In this document: piece by piece, positions 53,106 through 64,000 of the stretch
Numbering within the stretch: position 1 is the stretch's first letter
Layout: each line of letters opens with the position of its first letter
NCBI RefSeq assembly: GCF_006345805.1
Contig: NC_043004.1
Location: 59,148,001-59,212,000 of the forward strand
DNA: 64,000 nucleotides
Direction of reading: 5' to 3'
Origin: Octopus sinensis
Taxonomy: Eukaryota
The notes under the pieces: model-generated
Database searches by the model: none
What the model saw: only the letters and a program-made list of their open reading frames with translations
What the model was told of the DNA's origin: nothing
Program-made: the position numbers and the translations under genes

Positions 53106-55200
53106 CATAGGTATATATACTCATACACACACACGTACACTCTTACATTATGTGTGTGTGTCTATACATACAATCATATATATGAGTGAAATGAGATGGC
53201 AGGAGTAAATTTACGAAGTACCTCTTTGTAAGTCAGATTGATTACATTTAAACAATATTAAACTCAGTATAAAGATAATTACACTAATACTTTTATTGAA
53301 AAGGTGGATTAAGAGTCGATTATATATTGCTTCACCATTCATCGAGCCATTGGGTGTTGATATTTATCTGCCACTGTGAATAAGGAGAGAAAATGACGCA
53401 AACTGAAAGGGTATTTCGAATATTTCTCGAATTTAAGCTTAGAACGAAAATTAACAGCGATGAATAGGAAGGAGATTATAAAACAGGCCACCGTTCCCCC
53501 TTTCCTTTCTCTTTATCTCTGAGGCACACACACAAGACACATACGTATTTGTATGTACTTGTTTGTCTATCAGTCTGTCTAGATTTCCTGGAATTAAATG
53601 AGAAGATTATTTCCCTTTGTTTAGCTGCACGGGAGGGAGGGAGAGAGAGAGGGGGGAGAGAGTAAGAGACAGACAGGAAGGAAGAGACAAACAGAGTGAG
53701 GTGACTAGGATAAGAATGAGGCAGAACGAGGGAATGATAGAGAAAATATGATAGATTGATAGGGCGAGAGGGAGAGGGGAGGGAGGAAGAGCGAGAGAGA
53801 GCGCGCGAACGTATGAGGAAGAGACATGCAACGTTATCAAGGATCAATAAATGGAATCAACTTGACTTCTACGCCATTTTGTGGCCGACAGCAAGTCGAC
53901 ATTAAGTTTAATGAATTCTAAACCAATGATTAAGATAACAATAGAAATAATGTTAAACCAGTTAACAAAGCTGATAAAAAGAGATTACAGTGAATATCTA
54001 AAAATAAAAATGTATGAACGTTATATAAAATTACAGCCAGAGCAGCAACAACTACGTCGACAATGACAATAATAACAGCAACAGAAACAACGAAAAAGAA
54101 ATATAAAAATAAATAATAAGCGCAAAATCAGTTTCAGTAATAAAACCAACATGAACAGCAACAAGGACAACAACATGAAAACATGAGGAAGAATGAAAGA
54201 GCAAAAATCAAACTCATCAATAACATGGAGAACCTTAAATGGATAACAACAATAGTAATAAACATGAAAATTGACTGAAGGTCAAAAAAAAGCCACAGCA
54301 GTGTGCATATCAGAAAGATTGATGCAACAGGAAATACAACAGCAGACACTATTGTAATTACACAATAAATTCAGCTGTAGTTATAGTAGCAAAGACTTTA
54401 GACGGAAAGTCTGCAACGATCTAAATAGTGGAAATGGTAACAATTTAGCGATAATTCGAGATATTACGTACGATGCAGGATGATGCTTCTCGGAGGCAGC
54501 ATGTGAAAATGGATGAGGTTCTGAAAGCTACCTGGAGCAAGAAACAAAAATTACGTCTTGAATGTCATGCAAGGATTACGTGAAAATTCCACAGTTTCGA
54601 GCAGGAAGCAGAGGTGAGACACTTAATCCAAATGACTATAATGGTGGATGATTACTGTATCATCGTAACTCCTATACTCTTAGAATCCTTGCCACTTAAG
54701 CAACATTTGGATGATATTCAATAATTATCTCGATTCCAATGACAGAAGGAAATTGAAGCACACGACACAAAATCATTGAAACTCTTTTAGGACACTGAAA
54801 TAAGAAGGCAGTTGTTGGATCTGTGGTCTGATAGGTTGTGGTAGTTTAATTAATTCTTCAGTCTCGTGTGAAATATTTCAGTTACACGAATTTCAGGCCT
54901 ACTTGGCCTACTCTAATTACAACAGACCTTACACTCTCAAGCACACTGGACCCTACAGTCCTATAAACTCAAGAATAGATGAGATAATCATCTTTAGAAA
55001 AGCTTTTACCATAGATTTATCTGAATATGATTGACTTGGGTTAAAAAAGCAACAAAATTGACGACAATAAAACAATAGCAAAAGCTACGACAAGAATGAC
55101 AATGATGGCAATAACAGTAGCAAGCGTTTGCTCTGTTAGTCTTTTACTTGTTTCAGTCATTTGACTGCGGCCATGCTAGAGCACCGTCTTTAGTAGAGTA

Positions 55201-55249
<49 letters not shown>

Positions 55250-55302
55250 TATTAATAATATCTTCATTTCATACATACATGCATACTTACATACATCTAT
55301 AT

Positions 55303-55366
<64 letters not shown>

Positions 55367-55369
<3 letters not shown>

Positions 55370-56608
55370 CGTTGGCAAAAAATAAGCTCCCACCATTTGA
55401 TTTAAAATTTGGGAATTTATTACGTTTTTAAATTTTGGAATCTGTTTATTTTTCTAGTTAATTTTGTTTATTTTCGGATCATTAAAATGGAATGCCAAGT
55501 TAAGAAAAAGGAGCATTTTCAACACTTCCTTTTTGCTTTTAATCAAGGTTCTAAGGCCGCAAAAGCTACTCATGACATCTGTGCTGTGTATGGAGATGGT
55601 TCTATAGCTGAAAGAACCGCTCGTGATTGGTATGCCACGTTCTAAAATGAAAATTTTGAGCTCAAAGACGCACCTCGTACTGGCCGTTCAGCTGAGTTCG
55701 ATGAAGAACGATTGTACCAATTTTACACGAAAATTCTCGTCAAACTATAAGGGGACAGACAGAGAAAATAGAATGCTCCCACACTGCAATTGAGAAGCAT
55801 CTTCACTCGATGGGAAAGTTTCAGAAGTATGGAGCATGGGTTCAGCATGCTTTAAGTGACAACAACAAAAGTCAACGAGCCACAATCTCCGCTGGTTTGC
55901 TTGCTAGTCACCGCTCAACTCATGGACACAACCAGTGATTTCTTTACGGATCGTTACTGGCGACGAAAAATGGTGCATGTACATCAATATGAGGCAGCGT
56001 AAGGAATGGTTTAGCCCCGGTAAACAAGCGACACCGCGTGTGAAACAAGATCTTCATCCACGTAAAACGATGTTGTGCGTATGTTAGGACTGGGAAGGGA
56101 TTCTCCATTACGAATTGCTTAAACGGAACCAAACTGTCAACACGGAACTCTATGTTCCACAGATGAAACGACTCAGCACTGCTATTCAAAAGAAAAGACC
56201 CAATCGTCAGCATGGATTTCTTCTGCTGCACGACAACGCCCGCCCTCATATCTCCAATATGGCCATGAAAGCCATTCAGACGCATGGCTGGGAAATGCTG
56301 TCACGCCGGCTGTACTCTCCTGATTTGGCACCAATGGATTTCCACCTCTTTCGATCTCTTTCAAATGCTATACGTGGAGTTTCGTTGAATACTGATGCTG
56401 AATTGAGAGCTTGGTTGGATCAATTTTTCGAGTCGAAATCGTGTGATTTCTAAAAACGAGGTATTGAAAATCGTATTGAACGTTGGAAAGAAGTTGTAAA
56501 CAACAAGGGTGAATACATTATTGATTGTTATTTTTGTTGCTATTTTTTATTAAAACTTTTAAGACATTTAAATTAAAGAAAACAGCGGGAGCTTAGTTGT
56601 CAACCCAA
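55367..56608 (+). mobile_element. near full-length mariner (DD34D) transposon with inactivated transposase (ATG at 55487)
   Basis: TIRs ttgcgttggcaaaaaataagctccc / gggagcttagttgtcaacccaa with TA on both sides. Motifs WVQHAL, IVTGDEKW, HDNARPH, YSPDLAPMDFHLF; multiple stops and frameshifts. Confidence 0.95.
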
Positions 56609-57278
56609 TATATGGTTGACGGACGGTGCTGAGTTGTCAAAAATTTAAACCAAATTTTTTTGGTCTCTTAAATATACTGTATTTTGTGGCACTATTTCAA
56701 GCCAGTCGGCTTTTTTGTGCAAACTGCGCGTGCATTTTTCTCGCGCTTGCGTAGTATCGATCGCAACAGCTGATGTACTTGCGCGTACAAATGCACGTTC
56801 CCACGGTTTTATCGACCTACAATTGATTTTTGGAATTTTTTCAAAATTTATACACACCCTGGTACCAGATAGACAATACAAAGAAAAAAAAGGACGGGTC
56901 ATTCGAGTTTTCTTTCCTCAGTCGAGTTCTAGATTATCATTGCAATTTCGGCTGGTTATACTCGAGATTGCTCCAATCTGGCCGGCTCCAAGGAAAAACT
57001 AAGCTAAGAGCATTAGATTCCTTGGAAGAAAGCAGCGAATGTATACGAAAACAAGGACAAAAAAAACGGAGAAGGTTACACAAATACAAATAACAGGACA
57101 CAACAACAGGTGTTTTCGACTAAGGACGAATTAAATTAGGCTGGCGAGTGTAGAAGTAAAGCCTTACAGCAGGGATACAAGATTTCACAGGCACAGGGAA
57201 GAATATAGATGTTTCACGGACAGCGGCCGAACCAATCGCCCTCTCTCACATTTCATTGCCTTCTCTTAATGCTCGCCT

Positions 57279-57321
<43 letters not shown>

Positions 57322-57341
57322 GCGTGCGTACACTTTGGTCT

Positions 57342-57384
<43 letters not shown>

Positions 57385-57877
57385 TTACATATATATATCT
57401 TCTGAAAAGCAATTTTAATAAACTTTATAATAACCTGTTTATGTGAATCGCCGAAATGCCCACCCACGCGCACACACACTGGTGACACTTTTAGCTTGGA
57501 AACTCCGGCTTACGTCCTGATGTTACAAACAGGAATTACAATGTCAGTATCGTCGCAGAATCCATCAGAAATTTTAAATAACAGAAAGAACATAAATGTT
57601 CATGAGAATAGAACTTGCATGTATTGGTGGCAATCGTATCGAAAAAGAAGGGTTCTTTTGGCCAAAGTGCATAGGTTCCCTTCCGTAAAGTGTAAGGATA
57701 GGGTTAATCAAATCAGCTACCATGTATTATTGATATTTTTACGATCGATCTTGGGTGAGAAGAGAATTACAAAGGAACCTCCGCAGAGAATTCTGATTAA
57801 AAGTATATTGCTAGCTCGGCCTTCTGTTCTTGGTGCCAAGAAATGTCGCATGCGCGTGTGTGCTTGTATGTGTATGT

Positions 57878-57910
<33 letters not shown>

Positions 57911-58085
57911 GTGTGCGTGTGTGTGGTATTTTTATAAATGTATGTATATATACATATATATATATTTATATATATAAATACATATATACACACACATACG
58001 CATACACATATGTATATTAATAGTGACATATGTATATATCTAAGTGTATGTATGTGTATATACATACATCTAGGTATGGCACACA

Positions 58086-58143
<58 letters not shown>

Positions 58144-58482
58144 TAATGTATTACCTCAAACACCCGTTAATATCTGCGACAATGGTAATGGTTCCTAACA
58201 CTGGCAGAGAACCAATTCGCGTGGTGAAGTAGAAGAAGGAGAGGGGTTCAGTCGATTCATTCGATCCGAATAAAATATTTATTTTATCGATCACAACAGA
58301 TGAAAGTGAAAGTCAAATCCGGTGATAATTCAACACGGAATATATTGAGAGTGGTGACATTAAACACGATAAGTTTTTAGTCCAATGTTCAAACGATCCC
58401 TTCGATTTGCCGATTTAAGATAATTATTATTATTATGAGAAATCATTAAAAATAAAAGAAATTATTATCATAATTATCATTA

Positions 58483-58527
<45 letters not shown>

Positions 58528-58550
58528 GTTGTTGTTGTTGTTGTTGTTGA

Positions 58551-58765
58551 AGGCGGCGAGCTGAAAGAATCGTTAGTACTCCGGGTGAAGTGCTTAGCGG
58601 TATTGCGCCCGTCGATGCGTTCTGAGTTCAAATTCCGCCGAGGTCGACTTTGCCTTTCATCTTTTCGGAATCGATAAATTCAGTTCCAGTTGATCACTGG
58701 AGTCGATGTAATCGACTATTCCCCTCCTCCAAATTTGAGGCCTTGTGCTTATAATAGAAAGGATT
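58551..58765 (+). mobile_element. SINE family A (further copies at 59460-59665 and 59682-59885)
   Basis: Same head and central box; each copy abuts (ATT)/(CAT)/(GTT) runs. Confidence 0.9.
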
Positions 58766-58774
58766 ATTATCATT

Positions 58775-58806
<32 letters not shown>

Positions 58807-58831
58807 TATAATTATTATTATTATTATTATT

Positions 58832-59288
58832 GAGTGAGAGAGCAGTGCATGCCATCAAAGTGACACTGGGGTAAAATATACGAAGCCCAATATACCCATC
58901 ATGACTACCCGTCTGATAAGGGTACACCAGGCACATGTATCACAACCATATGTGCGCGACATGGTGATCTCATATCAAGATAAACAGCACATGACATTGC
59001 AGGTGGGGCCCAGTTAGAATTTTCTTCAGGGTGAGTAACCCATCCCGCTCAAAAGGTCCCTGAATAAGGGTTGGTTAAGGATGTTGAATGAAGCACCCAT
59101 GTTTCCAGAGGCGAATTATCCAAACCCCAAAGAATCCCTCTCAACACACGGCTGTGATGCTCCCCCACTACTTCTGCTCGTGATCAGAGATGCACATATC
59201 GTCAGCCACTAAGGGACATGCTCAACTGGTTAAGGTCAAACAACTGACAAGCAAATCTGTGGTATTGAGCAGAATATTTGCTGTAGCC

Positions 59289-59290
<2 letters not shown>
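58832..59290 (-). mobile_element. family D non-coding retroposon between (ATT)n tracts
   Basis: Homologous to 20769-21200. Confidence 0.85.
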
Positions 59291-59333
<43 letters not shown>

Positions 59334-59335
59334 CA

Positions 59336-59457
<122 letters not shown>

Positions 59458-59920
59458 GAAAGCAGCGAGCTGGCTGAATCGTTAGCACGTCTGGCGAAAT
59501 GTTTAGCGGTATTTCGTCTGTCGCTACGTTCTGAGTTCAAATTCCGCCGAGGTCGACTTTGCCTTCCATCCTTTCAGAGACGATAAAATAAGTACCAGTC
59601 AAGTACTGGAGTCGATGTGACCAATTGTTCTCCTCCCCACAAAATCCAGGCCCTGTGTAGAGAGCATCATTATTATTATTGAAGATGGCGAACTGGCAGA
59701 ATTGTTAGCACACTGGGCGAAATGCTTAGCAGTATTTCGCCCGTTGCTGAGTTCAAGTACCACCGAAGTCGACTTTGCCTTTTATCCTTTAGAGGTCGAT
59801 AAATTCAGTTACCAGTGAAACGCTAGTGTCGATGTAATCGACCTAGCTCCTGCCCCCACAGGCCTTGTGTCTATAGTAGAAAGGATTATTATCATCATCA
59901 TCATCATCGTCATCATCATC

Positions 59921-59967
<47 letters not shown>

Positions 59968-60318
59968 TATCAGTTTGCTCGGACGTATTTACAACGATTG
60001 TAAATGCATGATAAAAATTAGTTGCAATGTTTTTTCATTATCGGAAATTTTTTGCTCAGTAGTTAGTTAAGTATACCACATTTACTTAGGTGAAGAGGTA
60101 GGAACCGCCAAAGTGATCAATGCTTGGACTTTTATGTCATCAACGTTTGTTCTTTTTGCTTTTCGTTCTAAGTTATGGTGGCTTTAATGCCCACAAACTG
60201 CTTCATCGAGGAAGCAGCGAGAAGGCCTCACATCGCTACTAGCTTTATTAAAGAGCAGGAATTAGAGAAGAGCAATAACAAGAGCAGCAACAGCACCAGC
60301 AGTAGCAACAACAGCAGT

Positions 60319-60512
60319 GTGGAGGCGCAATGGCCCAGTGATTAGGGCAGCGAACTCGCGGTCGTAAGAACGCGGTTTCGATTCCCAGACCGGGCATTGT
60401 GAGTGATTATTGAGCAAAACACCTAAGCTGCATGAGACTCTGGCGGAGGAAGGTGGTGAACCCCGCAGTACTCTTTCACCACAACTTTCTCTCATTCTTT
60501 CTTCCTACTTCT
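60319..60512 (+). mobile_element. SINE family C, 5' half
   Basis: Homologous to 6630-6825. Confidence 0.85.
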
Positions 60513-60740
60513 GCCACAAAGCAGAGGAACCATGGTGTAACCAACTATGGTATGTAAAACTTTCAGATTGCGAATATTCTGTACCCTAGGGTAGTTCAGC
60601 TCTCCACCCGTTAAAAGCCACTGTTTACGGAATGGGGATAACAACGTAGCTTGTTATCTTAGTAGCTTAGTAGCTTAGTAGCTTAGAGTAGGCTCGAATT
60701 AGAGATTATTCTCTGTGGCTAATGTTGTGAGTCCTGATTG

Positions 60741-60867
60741 GAAGAAGAAGAAGAAGAAGAAGAAGAGGAAGAGGAAGGAGAAGAAGAAGGAGAAGAAGAA
60801 GTAGGAGGAGAAGAAGAAGTAGAAGAAGAAGAAGAAGAAGAAGTAGAAGAGGAAGAAGGAGAAGTAG

Positions 60868-60898
<31 letters not shown>

Positions 60899-62325
60899 GG
60901 AAGAGGAATGAGATTAAGAAGAAGAAGAGGAGGGAGAAGGAGAAGAAATAGAAGTAGAAGAAGAAGAAGTAGAAGAAGAAAAAAGAAGAAGTGGAGGGGA
61001 AGTAGTAGAAGTAGAAGAAGAAGAAGAGGAAGGAGGAGAAGAAAAAGAAGAAGTAGAAGAAGAAAAAAGAAGAAGTGGAGGGGAAGTAGTAGAAGTAGAA
61101 GAAGAAGTAGAAGAAGAAGAGGAAGGAGGAGAAGAAAAAGAAGAAGTAGAAGAAGAAAAAAGAAGAAGTGGAGGGGAAGTAGTAGAAGTAGAAGAAGAAG
61201 TAGAAGAAGAAGAGGAAGGAGGAGAAGAAAAAGAAGAAGTAGAAGAAGAAAAAAGAAGAAGTGGAGGGGAAGTAGTAGAAGTAGAAGAAGAAGTAGAAGA
61301 AGAAGAGGAAGGAGGAGAAGAAAAAGAAGAAGTAGAAGAAGAAAAAAGAAGAAGTGGCGGGGAAGTAGTAGAAGTAGAAGAAGAAGTAGAAGAAAAGAGA
61401 AGGGAGGAGAGAAAAAGAAGAAGTAGAAGAAGAAAAAAAGAAGTGGAGGGGAAGTAGTAGAAGTAGAAGAAGAAGAGAAGAAGAAGAGGAAGGAGGAGAA
61501 GAAAAAGAAGAAGTAGAAGAAGAAAAAAGAAGAAGTGGAGGGGAGTAGTAGAAGTAGAAGAAGAAATAGAAGAAGAAGAGGAAGAGGAGAAGAAAAAGAA
61601 GAAGTAGAATAAGAACAAAAGAAGAAGGGAGGAAGAAAAAAGAAGAAGTGGAGGAGAAGTAGTAGAAGTAGAAGAGAAGTAGAAGAAGAAGAGGAAGGAG
61701 GAGAAGAAAAAGAAGAAGTAGAAGAAGAAAAAAGAAGAAGTGGCGGGGAAGTAGTAGAAGTAGAAGAAGAAGTAGAAGAAGAAGAGGAAGGAGGAGAAGA
61801 AAAAGAAGAAGTAGAAGAAGAAAAAAGAAGAAGTGGAGGGGAAGTAGTAGAAGTAGAAGAAGAAGAAGAAGAAGAAGAGGAAGGAGGAGAAGAAAAAGAA
61901 GAAGTAGAAGAAGAAAAAAGAAGAAGTGGAGGGGAAGTAGTAGAAGTAGAAGAAGAAGTAGAAGAAGAAGAGGAAGGAGGAGAAGAAAAAGAAGAAGTAG
62001 AAGAAGAAAAAAGAAGAAGTGGAGGAAGAAAAAAGAAGAAGTGGAGGAGAAGTAGTAGAAGTAGAAGAAGAAGTAGAAGAAGAAGAGGAAGGAGGAGAAG
62101 AAAAAGAAGAAGTAGAAGAAGAAAAAAGAAGAAGTGGAGGGGAAGTAGTAGAAGTAGAAGAAGAAGAAGAAGAAGAAGAGGAAGGAGGAGAAGAAAAAGA
62201 AGAAGTAGAAGAAGAAAAAAGAAGAAGTGGAGGAGAAGTAGTAGAAGTAGAAGAAGAAGAAGAAAGAAGAAGAAGAAGAAGAAGAAGAAGAAAGAAGAAG
62301 AAGAAGAAGAAGAAGAAGAAGAAGA
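60741..62325. repeat. purine-rich array: (GAA)n flanks with a 93-bp minisatellite core
   Basis: The gtgg(a/c)gggga anchor recurs at 61075, 61168, 61261 and 61354. Confidence 0.93.
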
Positions 62326-64000
62326 TAAAAACAGCAGTAACGGTGGCAGCGACATAAACCATGGTAGAGGCATCGGAAGAAGAAGAAGAACAACATCAAT
62401 CCGGGCTGCGAATGGAATAGAGATAGCAGTAGTAGTAGCATGGGTGGCAGCGATGGAAGCAGCAGGAACAGCAGTAAGAATTCCCTGAGAGTAGCAGTAG
62501 GAACTTTTTGCCCTCACACTGCATGATGAATCCTTAAAATTTGCGGATGCAATTAGATTTAAGGAAACGGAAGGGAGTAGGGCAGCGCTTTCCCTACTCT
62601 TCCTGAAACTGTCACTGAAATTGATAAGAAAACCGCTAAATTTATATTCGTCAGCGTTCAAGGTAGGCGACTGGAAATTGTCACCAACACCCAAATTGAA
62701 AGGGCCCTCCATGATATATACAGGACATTGGCCATGTCTAAGGGCAAAGAAATTCGCTTGGGGGCGAGGTCTTATTTGAGTCTGATGCTTTTGTAATCCA
62801 ACACGAATTTGCCGCTTCCCATATTGATGATTTAGTTTCCTTCCTTATTTATGTAAAATCGGAGCGGAGAATATAGGCGACGGCAGGGTCTCATCAGGAT
62901 TAGAACCATGGTGGTTACCTGCATCAAAGTGCAGGTAACCACCAAAGAACAAAGAAAAAAGCAGGTCACAACAAAAGCAGGAAAGAGGCAAGAAATGCTT
63001 CACCACTGCAAATATCATCACTGCTAAAACAAAAGAAAATATGAGATTGTGCAACAATAGGAACACTATTACCTGTAGCAGCAATGTAAGAAAGAGAGAA
63101 AAGATAATAAATTCGCGATCAACAACATCAGGAAAATTGACAACACCCGCAATTGCAGCAGAAACCTGGAAAATAGCAACAGCCGTAATACCAAAGCAGC
63201 TCCGTCCGTAGTAGCTACAGAGACTATGGACATTCATAAATAATCGCTGACCAGTTGACATTCCAGCCTTACTCTCCCTCCTCCTAACCATGTTTCCCCA
63301 CTACACACATGCAAAATCACAAATATAATCACCGGAGGAAACATTGCCTTTATTCCCATCCGAGGCTGAGTCTTCAGGCCAAACATCAAATGATGAGGAG
63401 GAGAGGCATAAGGAAAGAAAAAAAGGAAAAAATAATCAAAGCACAAAAGAAATTAAGAAGTTCAAAACAACACCAACGCAACATTGATCCTAAACAAACT
63501 AAAATCTTCAAAAACAAATACGATATGGCCGTGAGTACCACTCTAATAACAGCAATCAAAGGTCAACAATCAAAAGCAAAACAGCGTAATTGGTGCAGGC
63601 ATGGTTGTGGTGTAAGAAGCGCGCTTTGGATTCACGTGATCTTGGGTTCAGAGATGCAGCAGCGCAACTTGGGTAAGTTTCTTTTACCGTAGCCTCGGGG
63701 CGACCGAATCCTTATAAGTGATTCTGGTAAACGGAAATTGTGTGGGACTCCATCGTATATATGTACATCGTTGTCGTCGTCGGCGGCAGCGTTTTATCGT
63801 GAGTAGATAATTTATTTGGTTTCTTCTTGACCCCTTCTTCACTTCTGTCCGTGTTTATGCCTCTCATGACTAATGGGACCGATTCTGCCAGGTGCTTAAA
63901 CAGAAGAGATTTGTTTAACAGAATCTACCATTTCCAGTATTTCAGCGTGCTGTGGAATAGATCTTATAACGTTATCATTAGTGCCTGAGGTTTCGAAGCG

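Noticed and set aside
60699-62712. 480-670 aa ORFs on the - strand (F/L/S-rich)
   Set aside because: A pyrimidine-only strand lacks stop codons by composition, and all three frames are open.

Overview
AT-rich eukaryotic DNA made almost entirely of microsatellites and transposable-element copies or relics. The SINE families and repeat landscape suggest an octopus (coleoid cephalopod) genome; this is an inference. No host protein-coding gene is securely recognisable, and nearly all ORF-track entries are artefacts of (TA)n, (TG)n, (TAA)n or (GAA)n runs. Supported content: several tRNA-derived SINE families; CR1-group and RTE LINE fragments; R4/Dong-type RLE LINEs inserted in (TAA)n; mariner/Tc1 relics; a fold-back MITE with internal TTAGGG repeats; and three Penelope-like (PLE, RT/GIY-YIG) relics. 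The most interesting signal is a set of PLE-associated type I hammerhead ribozymes (HHR). (i) One module consists of a tRNA-like Pol III head, (AAT)n and an HHR, and its first 15 nt also occur 30 nt after the stop codon of a PLE ORF. (ii) A 192-bp inverted repeat encodes an intact HHR on both strands. (iii) A 525-nt retrozyme-like unit has a terminal direct repeat that starts exactly at the predicted self-cleavage site. All coordinates and alignments were read by eye; edges of degenerate elements are approximate.
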